From Candidatus Sericytochromatia bacterium (GTDB taxonomy: Bacteria; Cyanobacteriota; Sericytochromatia; S15B-MN24; UBA4093), in the NCBI GenBank assembly GCA_036676495.1, contig JAKFCT010000008.1, positions 1 through 49,238 on the forward strand: 49,238 nt of DNA, given 5' to 3'. Both the position numbers and the translations under genes were made by a program. How positions within the stretch are numbered: position 1 is the first letter of the stretch; each line of letters opens with the position of its first letter. The notes beneath the pieces are model-generated. The model saw nothing but the letters and a program-made list of their open reading frames with translations, ran no database searches and was not told where the DNA came from. This document shows positions 1 through 9,329 of this stretch, piece after piece.

Positions 1-231
1 GTAGTTCGGCGAGGGCATCGAGATGACCCGCGGCTTGGCGATGCCGCCCGCCAGGACCGACTGGACCTCGGGGACGTGAATCGGAGGCTGGGGGATGAAT
101 TTACCATCGGGCATGTTGCCGGGGTCGAAGAGATGCGCGTGGAGAGCCTTGAACTCTTCGGGAATCGGATCTCCGACGTTCTGGGTCTTGACGGTCGGGA
201 CGATGCCCATCAGCGGCGAACGAATCTGCAT
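1..231 (-). CDS. 5' part of a gene running off the window; possibly an N-acetylmuramoyl-L-alanine amidase (Amidase_2-like)
   Basis: Not in ORF track. GGAGGAG RBS, ATG at 231, open frame MQIRSPLMGIVPTVKTQ...KPRVISMPSPNY to the window edge. 'PSPNY' resembles the start of AmpD-type amidase domains (inference). Confidence 0.6.
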   Translation of the reverse strand, partial: MQIRSPLMGIVPTVKTQNVGDPIPEEFKALHAHLFDPGNMPDGKFIPQPPIHVPEVQSVLAGGIAKPRVISMPSPNY

Positions 232-431
232 GGCTCCTCCTTGTCCCGAGAATGGCCCGGTTCAGTACCTATCGTCCCGGATCGGCCCGAACTGAGTAAA
301 CGTCAGTTGAACTTTGGATTAAGCCTGTCGCGGGGGACACGGAGTCTCGGCCTGGAGGGCTGAGACATGGGGCGGTTCTGAAGGGGGGCGTACGGCTGCA
401 TGGTAAGATAGGGGCGGAGGATAGCCCGTCG

Positions 432-1052
432 ATGACCCAGAGATCCCCGTCTCCGCGACCCCCTAAGCCATCACTTGCCCCGGAAGCTCGAGCCCGCCGG
501 CGCTCGCTTGCGAGGCGCCGCCGCCAGGTCTTGGTGGGAACGCTCTTCGCGGCGGTCGCGATCTCCGGAGTTCTCGCGTGGCAGCGCCTCGCCGGGACGA
601 CCGATGCGTCCACCGCTCCAGGCCTCTTCCAGGGGAAAATGCGGGCGCATGGCAACGATGCCGCTCTCAACGGCGGCGTGCTTGCGAATGCCGTGCAGGT
701 CCAGGCAGCGCTGGAGGCTTACCGGCAGGAGCACGGGCAAATTCCCACCAGCGCCGAGGCCTTCAATCGTGAGGTGCTGCCGCGCTTCGCGGGAGGGCAG
801 CTGCCACGCTCCCCCTGGGGGGGAGAGCAACAGGGCATCTTGGGCATGTCCCCCGAGCTGCTCCATGCGGTGGCTGCGGACGGCGACGAGCGCTGGGTCG
901 TCGGGCCCGGCCGGGAGACCCCGTCGATCTCCGCTCCCACGGATTTCGGGGCGCTCGCCTACGATGCTTCCGCTCAAGGCTACCGCATCTTCGGCATTGG
1001 CCGGGGAGCCGACGGCCGGGCGGTAGTGCTCGTTCGACTCACTTCTCCTTGA
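432..1052 (+). CDS. Single-pass membrane protein with pseudopilin/GspG-like C-terminal region
   Basis: GGAGG RBS; basic patch, then one TM helix; 'VQAALEAYRQEHGQIP' and 'YRIFGIGRGADG' resemble GspG-like helix/loop motifs; no prepilin cleavage site. Confidence 0.6.
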   Translation: MTQRSPSPRPPKPSLAPEARARRRSLARRRRQVLVGTLFAAVAISGVLAWQRLAGTTDASTAPGLFQGKMRAHGNDAALNGGVLANAVQVQAALEAYRQEHGQIPTSAEAFNREVLPRFAGGQLPRSPWGGEQQGILGMSPELLHAVAADGDERWVVGPGRETPSISAPTDFGALAYDASAQGYRIFGIGRGADGRAVVLVRLTSP

Positions 1053-1090
1053 GCGGAAGCCCCCACCACTCGAACCCGTAGCCCAAACAA

Positions 1091-1130
1091 GCACTGAGCC
1101 GCAGGCGCTGAAGCGCCTGCGGCTCAGTGT
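1091..1130. terminator. Long perfect hairpin between convergent genes (bidirectional terminator/REP-like)
   Basis: CACTGAGCCGCAGGCGCT-GA-AGCGCCTGCGGCTCAGTG, an 18-bp inverted repeat. Confidence 0.7.
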
Positions 1131-1154
1131 CGATGGGAAGATCCCGGGTTTAGG

Positions 1155-2657
1155 CTAGTCCCTCACGCGGTCCGGGCGCTTGGCGGCAGGAACCTTGATT
1201 CGGCCGGTGGCGGGCGGCGTGATGGTCGAATTCTTCTTCAGGTAGCCCAGGACGGCATCACGCAGGAAGACGCCCTGTCCCTGGTAGTTCGAGGCCTCGG
1301 CGAATTGGGGCTGGCGATCGCCACCCTGCGCCACGTAGTCGATCGTCGCCACCTTGTAGGTGCGCGCGGGATCGATTTCCTTGCCATTCACCAGGACGTC
1401 CTTCGCCTTGTTGTCCTCGATCCGGAAGGTCAACCCCGAGAACTGGAGGAAGCCCGAGCCGCCGAGGTAGGAGGCCGTGGTGTCGAGGATCTGCTGGAGG
1501 AGCTTGCCCTTGACGTCGACGGTGACGACCGCGTTGTCGAAGGGGAAGACCGAGTAGACGGCTCCGACGGTCACGGCGCCCGGCTGGAGGCTGGCGCGCA
1601 GGCCTCCCGAGTTGACGATGCCGATCTCCGCCCCGCTGATCTCCTTGAGGAGATCCGCGGTCCAGTTGCCCAGCGCCGAATCCCCTTGGTACTTGCCCTC
1701 GGAGGACAGGCCCTTCGGGGCCTGGGCGACCACGATCTCCATCTCCTTGGCGATCTTGGCGTTGTAGGACTCGACGGTCTCGGCGACGATCTGGTCTTCC
1801 TGGATGGCGCGCGTGATGGGCAGGAGCTTGCCGTCGTAGCTCACGATCTTGCCGGCTTCGACCTTGAGGTCGAGGCGGCCGAGATACTCGCCCCACTGGA
1901 AGCCCTGCACGACGAGGGTGCGCCAGTCTCCGTTGGTCACCTCGCGGGGGACGTCCAGCTTCGTGTGGGAGTGGCCGCCGACGATCAGGTTGATGCCCTT
2001 GACCTGCTTGGCCAGCGCCGTATCCTCTTCGAGGCCGCTATGGCTGAGCATGATGACCATGTCCGCTTCCTTGCGAAGCTCGTCGGTCAGGCGCTGGGCG
2101 ATTTCCAGCGGCGGAACGAAGACGTAGTCCTTCTGATACTTCTTGGCGACCGCCCCCTGCGCGTCGTCGCCCAGGACGCCGAACACGCCGATCTTCAGGC
2201 CGTTGCGCTCGAAGATGTGCTTGCGCAGGAAGATGTTCTTGCCGGAGTGATCCAGCATGTTCGAGTTGATGACCTTGAACGACCGTCCCTTGGCCTGCTT
2301 GAGGAGGTTGGCCAGGCCGTTGTCCAGCTCGTGGTTGCCCACGGTGGTGGCGTCGTAACCCGCCTGATCCATGGTCTTGTAGTCAGCCTCACCCTGGTAG
2401 AAGGTGTAGATGGGCGTCCCTTGGAAGACGTCGCCGGCATCCAGGACCAGGGTGCTGGGCGTCTGGGTCTTGATCTGCTTGATCAGAGCGGCCCGGCGGG
2501 CGACACCCCCCAGGCTCTTGCCTTGGCGGGTATCGTAGGGGAGCAGGTGATCGTGCGTGTCGTTGGTATGCAGGATGGTCAGATCGACGGGAGCCGCAAA
2601 GGTCCCCGTGGTGCCAACCAACCAGACGGTGGCGGCCAAAAAGGCGCGTTTTAACAC
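1155..2657 (-). CDS. Periplasmic bifunctional metallophosphoesterase/5'-nucleotidase (UshA-like)
   Basis: HTNDTH, LDAGD, GNHE, HSG, GGHSH motifs; C-terminal NSGGLR and FPFDN; signal peptide; GTG start at 2657 after GAGGAG. Confidence 0.93.
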   Translation of the reverse strand: MLKRAFLAATVWLVGTTGTFAAPVDLTILHTNDTHDHLLPYDTRQGKSLGGVARRAALIKQIKTQTPSTLVLDAGDVFQGTPIYTFYQGEADYKTMDQAGYDATTVGNHELDNGLANLLKQAKGRSFKVINSNMLDHSGKNIFLRKHIFERNGLKIGVFGVLGDDAQGAVAKKYQKDYVFVPPLEIAQRLTDELRKEADMVIMLSHSGLEEDTALAKQVKGINLIVGGHSHTKLDVPREVTNGDWRTLVVQGFQWGEYLGRLDLKVEAGKIVSYDGKLLPITRAIQEDQIVAETVESYNAKIAKEMEIVVAQAPKGLSSEGKYQGDSALGNWTADLLKEISGAEIGIVNSGGLRASLQPGAVTVGAVYSVFPFDNAVVTVDVKGKLLQQILDTTASYLGGSGFLQFSGLTFRIEDNKAKDVLVNGKEIDPARTYKVATIDYVAQGGDRQPQFAEASNYQGQGVFLRDAVLGYLKKNSTITPPATGRIKVPAAKRPDRVRD

Positions 2658-2831
2658 GGCTTGTATCTCCTCAAGCGGTCGCGGGGCGTCATTTACCCTC
2701 ATCTTAGGATTCTTGGCCCGATTAGGCAAGCGCGGGCATTTGCGCCGGGTCGACATGGTATCATGGGCTCGGTGTCCCACTTGGTAAAGTCCCCAGCAAG
2801 CCTGACAAACCGGAACAGGAGGGAGTGCAGA

Positions 2832-3731
2832 ATGCTCGCGTTGCCCCAGCCGCTACAAGAGGTCTGGAACGTTTGGCAGGAAATCCAGGGAGCGGCGAAC
2901 CGCCCTGCGACCCTTGCCCTGGTGGCCGAGCCCGGCCCCGAACGCGAGCACTGGCGCGATGCCCTGCTCATCAACTCGCTCTATCCCGAGATGCTGCACC
3001 TGGTCGAGCCCGACGCCTCCCGCCCCGTGCCGGCCGACGTCTATGTCCTGCTGACCTCGGACGCCTCTGTGCCGCTGGCCCAGGCGTTTCCGGTGATCGA
3101 GACGCTTCCCAAGGACAAGATCGTGATCGCCCTCGTCTCGGTGCCCGAGCACCAGGCGGCGGCGCGCCAGCGCGAGGTGCTGCATGCCCTCGAGCTGGGT
3201 GAGGATCGGGTCATGGTCCTGGAGAGCCTGCGGGATCTCTCCGGCCCCTTCGCCAAGCGCCTGATCGGCCTCTTCTCGGATCATTCCATTCCGCTGGCCC
3301 GCCAGTTCCCGATCCTTCGCGAGGAGGCGGCCTGGGAGGAGATCAACGCGACCTCCAAGCAGAACGCCCTCATCGGCGCCATTCCCATCCCGGGCGCGGA
3401 TCTTCCCCTGATGACCGCCAACCAGCTCAAGATGATCCTCCGCATCGCCGCCATGTACGACATGCCCATCTCGGTGGATCGGGCGCGTGAATTGCTGGCC
3501 GTGGTCGGCGGTGGCTTCGCCCTTCGCGCGGCCGCCCGCCAGGTCGCCAAGTTCATTCCCGTCGGAGCGGTGGTCGGTGCGGGCGTCGGCTACTCCGGCA
3601 CGCTGGCCATGGGCAAGGGAGCCATCGAGTACTTCAAGCGCGTGGCGCCCCAGGAAGTGCCCGTCCAGCGCGACTCCGAAGACTCCGAGACGATCTCGGC
3701 CGAAGCCAAGCGGGTAGAGACCGAGTCGTGA
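2832..3731 (+). CDS. DUF697/YcjF-like domain protein
   Basis: C-terminal '[26 protein letters not shown]' and Gly-rich helices typical of DUF697; ATG at 2832 after AGGAGG; stop overlaps tsaD start (GTGA). Confidence 0.7.
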   Translation: MLALPQPLQEVWNVWQEIQGAANRPATLALVAEPGPEREHWRDALLINSLYPEMLHLVEPDASRPVPADVYVLLTSDASVPLAQAFPVIETLPKDKIVIALVSVPEHQAAARQREVLHALELGEDRVMVLESLRDLSGPFAKRLIGLFSDHSIPLARQFPILREEAAWEEINATSKQNALIGAIPIPGADLPLMTANQLKMILRIAAMYDMPISVDRARELLAVVGGGFALRAAARQVAKFIPVGAVVGAGVGYSGTLAMGKGAIEYFKRVAPQEVPVQRDSEDSETISAEAKRVETES

Positions 3732-4750
3732 GCACCCTCGTCCTCGGCATCGAGACCTCCTGCGACGAGACCGCCTGCGCTGTCGTCAAGGATGGCACGC
3801 AGGTGCTCAGCAATCTGATCTCGTCTCAGATCGACATCCACCGCCGCTACGGCGGGGTCGTTCCCGAGGTGGCGAGCCGGGCCCACATGGAGGCCATCGG
3901 CCCGTTGATCTCCACGGCCCTCTCAGAGGCCGGTGTCGGCTGGGACGATCTCTCGGCGATCGCCACCACCTTTGGACCCGGCCTTCAAGGAGCCCTCCTC
4001 GTCGGCCTCACTTCCGCCAAGGCGATCGCCTGGGCACGCGGCATTCCCCTGATCGGCGTCCATCACCTGGCCGCGCATATCTGGGCCAACAAGATCGCCA
4101 ATCCCGATCTGCCTGTGCCGTTCCTCTGCCTTCTCGTTTCCGGGGGGCATACCTCCCTGGTCCTGGTCCGCGGCCCCGAGGACTTCCAAACGCTTGGAGA
4201 AACGCTCGACGACGCCGCTGGAGAGGCCTACGACAAGACCGCCCGCCTCCTGGAGCTCGGCTATCCCGGCGGCCCCATCATCGACAAGCTCGCCAAGGAC
4301 GGAGACCCCAAGGCCTACGATTTCCCGCGCTCCTGGCTGCCGGGCACCTACGACTTCTCCTTCAGCGGCCTCAAGACCTCGGTCCTCAGGATGGTTGAGA
4401 GAAGCCGGGCCGCAGGCATCCCCGTCAAGCCGGAAGACGCCGCTGCGTCCTTCCAGCGGGCCGTCACCGACGTTCTGGTGGGCAAGACGATTGCGGCGGC
4501 CGAGGCCCATGGCCTCACGACCGTGGCGCTTGCGGGAGGCGTGGCCGCCAACCGCGAGCTTCGCGAGCGGCTGACCCAGGAGGCGACCAAGCGCGGCTGG
4601 ACCGTCTCCATCCCGCCCTTCGACCTCACCACCGACAACGCCGCGATGATCGCGGGCCTCGGCTGCGAGCTCTACAAGCTCGGACGCTTCGCCCCCCTGG
4701 GCCTCGCCGCCGTTTCCCGCATGCCCCTCGATAAGCTCAAGGGCGCCTGA
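3728..4750 (+). CDS. tsaD: tRNA N6-adenosine threonylcarbamoyltransferase
   Basis: [26 protein letters not shown], Hxxx[30 protein letters not shown]. Confidence 0.97.
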   Translation: MSTLVLGIETSCDETACAVVKDGTQVLSNLISSQIDIHRRYGGVVPEVASRAHMEAIGPLISTALSEAGVGWDDLSAIATTFGPGLQGALLVGLTSAKAIAWARGIPLIGVHHLAAHIWANKIANPDLPVPFLCLLVSGGHTSLVLVRGPEDFQTLGETLDDAAGEAYDKTARLLELGYPGGPIIDKLAKDGDPKAYDFPRSWLPGTYDFSFSGLKTSVLRMVERSRAAGIPVKPEDAAASFQRAVTDVLVGKTIAAAEAHGLTTVALAGGVAANRELRERLTQEATKRGWTVSIPPFDLTTDNAAMIAGLGCELYKLGRFAPLGLAAVSRMPLDKLKGA

Positions 4751-4754
4751 CCAG

Positions 4755-4918
4755 TCTTCCTAATCTTGTCCCCCCTTGATGGGGGGACGGCCGGCGTAGC
4801 CGGTAGGGGGGTGTTGGCCGGCGCAGCCATGGCGTTCCTCGTTATAAGGAACCTGGGAGCAGTGACACCCCCCTGGCTTCGCCAGTCCCCCCATCGAGGG
4901 GGGACAAGATAGGGAAGA
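4755..4918. repeat. Nested palindromic REP-doublet (REPIN-like) element
   Basis: ATCTTGTCCCCCCTTGATGGGGGGAC (4763-4788) is the reverse complement of 4885-4910 with one mismatch; each arm is itself a hairpin; inner AGGGGGGTGT/ACACCCCCCT pair. Confidence 0.8.
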
Positions 4919-4920
4919 TT

Positions 4921-6345
4921 TTAGGCCAGCAACTTCCGCTTCTGCTGCTCGATGAGATCGACCAGGATCGCCTTCATGTGCTCCTCGGTCCCGTTGCGGT
5001 GCATCTCCTCGAGCATGATGGTGGAGGCCTTGTCCACGAGGCGGCTGACCTGCTCGCGGTGGGCCGCATCCTGCAGGGAGTTGAACGCGATTCGCTGGGT
5101 ACCGGCGACCACTTCCGCGATGAGATCCGGCATGTAGCGCTCGGGCAGGGACCCCAGGAAGGGGATTTGCTTGAGATTCTGGTAGGCGGGGGATTCGTTG
5201 AGGGCTTCAATGGCCGCATAAGTGAGCAGCCCTTCGAGTTCGGGGGCGACCTGCGGCAGGACGCGGCCCAGGACGACTCTCAATTGCTGGTCGAAGAAGC
5301 CCATGACGGCTTCGCGTTGCTCGGGAGTCAGGGTCTTCAGGGTCTCATCCAGATCGAACTTCCGGATCGACTCCTGGGTGTTGCTGAGCAATCGGACGCT
5401 GACGAGATCGGTGACGAGGTCCACCACCTTGCCGGCGAATTCCTGGGGCACGGTGATGGGATTGATCAGGCCCAGGCGCTGCATGCGGTTGCCGACGGAG
5501 ATGCCGCGGACCAGATGCACCCAGCCGGATTGTCCGAAGGGAATGAGATAGGCGCCCACGGGCAGGAAGTAGACCAGGTCGTACCAGCGGGCGTAGCAGA
5601 AGGCCTTCCAGCTGGGATGCCGGCCTCTCCCGATCTCGATGCCTCCGCGCACCAGGAACTCCAGGGCGAAGAAGGGCACGAAGAGCAGGTCGATGATCCA
5701 GAAGGCATCGAAGGGCTTGCCGTTCTCTCCCAGGGCGCGGTAGTAGTTGCGCTCCATCAGCGGCTTGATCTCGCGCTCGAAGAAGGCCGCCTCTTGCGTG
5801 ACGCGCGCCGGAGTCATGTTCTCGGCGGTCCAGAAGCGCTGAAAGCCGTCCTTGGCCGATTCCTGGCCGGTATGGCGGCGCATCTTGTTCTTCATCTGCT
5901 CCAGCACCCCGCTCAGGCCCGCTCCCGCGAAGGGATCCTCGTGGATGAGGGTGGCCGAGTGCGCCCGCATCTCCTGGAGCAAGGAGCGCGACTCGGGGCT
6001 GGTGTTTCCGACCATGAGGTGCGCGAAGGTCAGATCCGCGCGCTCGAGGTAGCTCTGGGTGATCCGGTGTGGAGCGACCCCCTTGACGGGATCGTAGCGC
6101 TCGACGATCTGAGGGGCCAGCTTCAGGTAGTAATGGCGAACGTCGAGGTAGGTGAAATCGAAGACCACCACCGCCAGGTTGAGGATGGCCAGGATCAGGA
6201 TGGACCAGTCGGCGAACCGCCCCAGCATCCAGAGGATGCGTCCCTTGAACGAAGGCGGCATGGGGGCGGGCCCTTCTTCCCAGCCGGGGAAGAGGACGTG
6301 GTCGATTTTTTCGGTCAGCTGAGCGGGAATGGGGGCGGTCGACAT
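4921..6345 (-). CDS. Conserved hypothetical integral membrane protein (cyanobacteria-like family)
   Basis: Long ORF with several TM helices; motifs YDPVKGVAPHR, NYYRALGENG, RWYD recalled from a cyanobacterial hypothetical family; AGGAG RBS before ATG 6345. Confidence 0.75.
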   Translation of the reverse strand: MSTAPIPAQLTEKIDHVLFPGWEEGPAPMPPSFKGRILWMLGRFADWSILILAILNLAVVVFDFTYLDVRHYYLKLAPQIVERYDPVKGVAPHRITQSYLERADLTFAHLMVGNTSPESRSLLQEMRAHSATLIHEDPFAGAGLSGVLEQMKNKMRRHTGQESAKDGFQRFWTAENMTPARVTQEAAFFEREIKPLMERNYYRALGENGKPFDAFWIIDLLFVPFFALEFLVRGGIEIGRGRHPSWKAFCYARWYDLVYFLPVGAYLIPFGQSGWVHLVRGISVGNRMQRLGLINPITVPQEFAGKVVDLVTDLVSVRLLSNTQESIRKFDLDETLKTLTPEQREAVMGFFDQQLRVVLGRVLPQVAPELEGLLTYAAIEALNESPAYQNLKQIPFLGSLPERYMPDLIAEVVAGTQRIAFNSLQDAAHREQVSRLVDKASTIMLEEMHRNGTEEHMKAILVDLIEQQKRKLLA

Positions 6346-6475
6346 GGGCATTCTCCTGGCGCGTTGGTGCTTATATTGTGCCCGAAACTGCTCGAACGAC
6401 ACGTCGACGCTATAATGAGAGGCCTGCCGGGGCAAGATGCCGACGGGCAGCGCCTTAAGCAGGAAGGGGGTCGCG

Positions 6476-7657
6476 ATGACGTCGGCGTCCAGCATAGAGG
6501 AGCGTGAGGAAGGGGCCGGTCTGATCCTGGTCTTCCTCATGGTGCTTGCGCTCTACGCCCTGCTCTCCATGGGCCCTGCGACCCCCTATGACGCCCATGT
6601 TCGCCTGGCAGACGCCTGGCTCTCGGGCGTCGTGACCCCGCCGACCTTGCCCGCGCATATCGAGCACGTGCCGGGCCCCACGGGGGCGATCATTCCCTAC
6701 GGGCCCGGTCCCTCGATCCTGCTCTTGCCGTTCGTGGCGCTCTGGGGCCTCGGCACCAATCAGAGCGCGTTCTGCATGGCGCTCGGAGCCTTGAACGTGG
6801 CGCTGATGTGGAGCCTCGCGGGGCGGCTGGGGGTGAGCCGGAACCTGCGCACGGCCCTTACCGTCCTCTTCGGGCTGGGGAGCCCGCACCTCTTCTACGC
6901 CGTCCAGAGCGGGAACACCTGGCCGCTGATGCATATCGTCACCGTCTTCGGCATGCTGGTTGCCCTGCGCGCCGTCTTCAGTCCGCCGACCCTGCTGAGC
7001 GGTCTCACGGTCGGCCTGGGCCTGGGCCTGGCCTTCCTGACCCGGCAGCCGGTGGCCTTGGCCGTGCCGTTCATCGCGTTGATGCTCTGGGATCGGCCCT
7101 TTCCGTGGAAGCGGGGAGCCGGCTTCGCGGCGGGCTTCGGGGCTTGCGTGGCCGTGACGCTGGCTTACAACTGGGCGCGGATGGGCAACCCGCTGGATAC
7201 CGGCTACGAGCGCGTGATCATGGCCATCACTCCCGCGCACCTCATCCCTCACGGGGTCTTCAGCCCGGAGTACCTCTTACGGAACCTTCACGCCTACTTC
7301 CTGAGCGGCCCCGAGCGGATTTCGGGCTTTCCCTGGTTTAGTCCCAGCCAGTACCAGATGAGCATGCTGCTGGTCTTCCCCGCCTTGTTTCTGATCCCGC
7401 TGGCGGATTGGCGCCAGCGGAGAGACGTGCTGGCCATGGGGGCGATCGCCTCCATGGTGGCCGTCTATCTGGTGTATTACTGGACCGGGGCCACCCAGTT
7501 CGGCATGCGCTACGCCGTGGACTGGCTTCCGCTCGCGATGCTGCTGATCGCGTCGGCGGGACGGCGGAACTTGCCGCTCGTCTGGCTCGCCGCGGGCCTG
7601 GGGTTCGCGGTCGAGGCCTGGGGGTTCGTCATGTGGAGGGCGCTCGGCTGGAGCTAG
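6476..7657 (+). CDS. Polytopic membrane protein, probable GT-C-fold glycosyltransferase
   Basis: About 10 hydrophobic segments; 'PYGPGPSILLLPF', 'LTRQP', 'YNWARMGNPLDTGY', 'FGMRY' resemble GT39/87-like proteins; TATAAT near 6411. Confidence 0.65.
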   Translation: MTSASSIEEREEGAGLILVFLMVLALYALLSMGPATPYDAHVRLADAWLSGVVTPPTLPAHIEHVPGPTGAIIPYGPGPSILLLPFVALWGLGTNQSAFCMALGALNVALMWSLAGRLGVSRNLRTALTVLFGLGSPHLFYAVQSGNTWPLMHIVTVFGMLVALRAVFSPPTLLSGLTVGLGLGLAFLTRQPVALAVPFIALMLWDRPFPWKRGAGFAAGFGACVAVTLAYNWARMGNPLDTGYERVIMAITPAHLIPHGVFSPEYLLRNLHAYFLSGPERISGFPWFSPSQYQMSMLLVFPALFLIPLADWRQRRDVLAMGAIASMVAVYLVYYWTGATQFGMRYAVDWLPLAMLLIASAGRRNLPLVWLAAGLGFAVEAWGFVMWRALGWS

Positions 7658-8001
7658 ACCTTGCTCTTGGACTTTCCGGGAGTCTGGTACTGGAAGCGCA
7701 CCAGGGCGTAGAGTCCTTCACGCACCGCATCCGGCAAGGACTGGACCCGGACGGCGAAATCCACGACCTCGGAGTTGAAGGAGTCGTCGGTCACGAACCA
7801 TTGCGGGGAGATGCCGGTCCAGGAGCACATTTTCTCCCATTGCTCCCAGCTCGGCTGAGAGCGGCCGTCTTCCTTTTCCCATTCGATGACCGTGTTGCGG
7901 GAGACGCGCAACCGCTTGGCCAGTTCCGGCTGGGTCAAGCCCAGGGAGGAACGGTACTGGCGGAGTCGCCGGGCTACTAGGGCGCGAAGCGGTTCACTCA
8001 T
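7654..8001 (-). CDS. XRE-family helix-turn-helix regulator
   Basis: RLRQYRSSLGLTQPELAKRLRVSRNTVIEWE is a canonical HTH_3 pattern. Confidence 0.85.
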   Translation of the reverse strand: MSEPLRALVARRLRQYRSSLGLTQPELAKRLRVSRNTVIEWEKEDGRSQPSWEQWEKMCSWTGISPQWFVTDDSFNSEVVDFAVRVQSLPDAVREGLYALVRFQYQTPGKSKSKV

Positions 8002-8117
8002 GACGTTCCCATCTCATTTGGTGTCTTGGAAGCGGGATGAAAGGCTGATTACAAAGGAATCTTCACTGACCCTTTACAGCTTTCGATCATTTAGTTTACA
8101 AGCTTTGCCGAAGCTTG

Positions 8118-9329
8118 TCAGCCCCCTTGCCGCTCGCGTTCTTGATTTGATAGCACGCCCTCGTTGGCCAGGGCGTCCGCCCTGGCGTTATGCTGGCGCT
8201 CCACGTGCTCGAGCCGCACGTCCCGGAAGTTTCCGAGCAGATCGCGCACCCGGTGGTACAGCGGGATCAAGGCATCGTGACGCACGGCGTAGGCCCCCTG
8301 GAGCTGCCGGATGACGAGCTGAGAATCCGAACGGACGAGCAGGCGACGGATGCCCATGCGCTCGGCTTCGTAAAGTCCCCGGATGACGGCCTGGTACTCG
8401 GCCACGTTGTTGGTGGTGACGCCCAGGGGCTCGGCGACTTCGCGAAGCACCTCGCCGTCCTCGGTGGCGATGACGAAGCCGAGGCCTGCGGGACCCGGGT
8501 TGCCCTTGGAGGCTCCGTCCGTCGAGAGCACGTAGTGGCGCTCCGGATCGATCGCCGGAAGGGGCGGCTGCGGAGTCGGATGACTGAGCGCGGGCAGCTC
8601 CCAGACTCCATCGAGCACGGCGTCGGCATAGGGCTGTAGGGTTTCGCGGGGGCTCACGCCGGAGGCGACGCCGATGGCGGCGGCACAACCTGCCGCCTTG
8701 GCCATGAGCAGGTCGGCGAGGGTATCCCCGATGACCACGCATTCGGAAGGGGGGATGCCCATGGTCTCCGAGCACGCCAGGACGAGATCGGCATGGGGTT
8801 TGGAGCGGGAAACGGAGTCCGAGCCGGCGACCGCCCCCAGCAGGGCGTCGAATCCCAGCAATTCGGCATGGCGCGTGGCGTTGCGCGTGAGATCCGAGGT
8901 GGCGATGGCCAGCTTCCAGCCGTCCTCGGCAAGGCGCGCGAGGGTATCGGCGACGGTTCCGAGGGGTTGAACGGCCAAGCCCCAGTCGATGTCGCCTTCC
9001 GCGGCGTCGAAGGCCTCTTCGACCAGCGGGCGGGCCGTGATCCAGGCCATGCCCCGCCGATAGAGAAAGGCGCTGGCGATGGCTTCTTCTTCGATCCGGG
9101 TGCCGACAGCCAGGGGCCCGGTCGGATCCACGCGCCCGTCCTGGATCCCTAGTTCCTGCGTGAGCAACTCCGCGTCGTCTTCGCTCAAACCCGTCCGCTG
9201 GGCCAGATGGTGGACCCGGAGGCGCGAGACCTCCCCCCAGAAGCGGTGGAAGTCGACCAGGACGCCGTCCTTGTCGAAGATCAGCGCCCGCCCTTGGACC
9301 GTGCCGTCGGGAAGCCTCAATTCGGGCAT
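8118..9329 (-). CDS. Fusion of HAD-superfamily phosphatase (N-term) and ribonuclease HI (C-term)
   Basis: HAD motifs FDKDG, ATSD, KP, IGDxxxD; Pro-rich linker; RNase H motifs TDGASKGNPG, TNNVAEY, SDSQL, HNARADALAN. Confidence 0.9.
   Translation of the reverse strand: MPELRLPDGTVQGRALIFDKDGVLVDFHRFWGEVSRLRVHHLAQRTGLSEDDAELLTQELGIQDGRVDPTGPLAVGTRIEEEAIASAFLYRRGMAWITARPLVEEAFDAAEGDIDWGLAVQPLGTVADTLARLAEDGWKLAIATSDLTRNATRHAELLGFDALLGAVAGSDSVSRSKPHADLVLACSETMGIPPSECVVIGDTLADLLMAKAAGCAAAIGVASGVSPRETLQPYADAVLDGVWELPALSHPTPQPPLPAIDPERHYVLSTDGASKGNPGPAGLGFVIATEDGEVLREVAEPLGVTTNNVAEYQAVIRGLYEAERMGIRRLLVRSDSQLVIRQLQGAYAVRHDALIPLYHRVRDLLGNFRDVRLEHVERQHNARADALANEGVLSNQERERQGG

Noticed and set aside
7654-8001. 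Prophage or toxin-antitoxin marker
   Set aside because: No phage, integrase or toxin gene adjacent.
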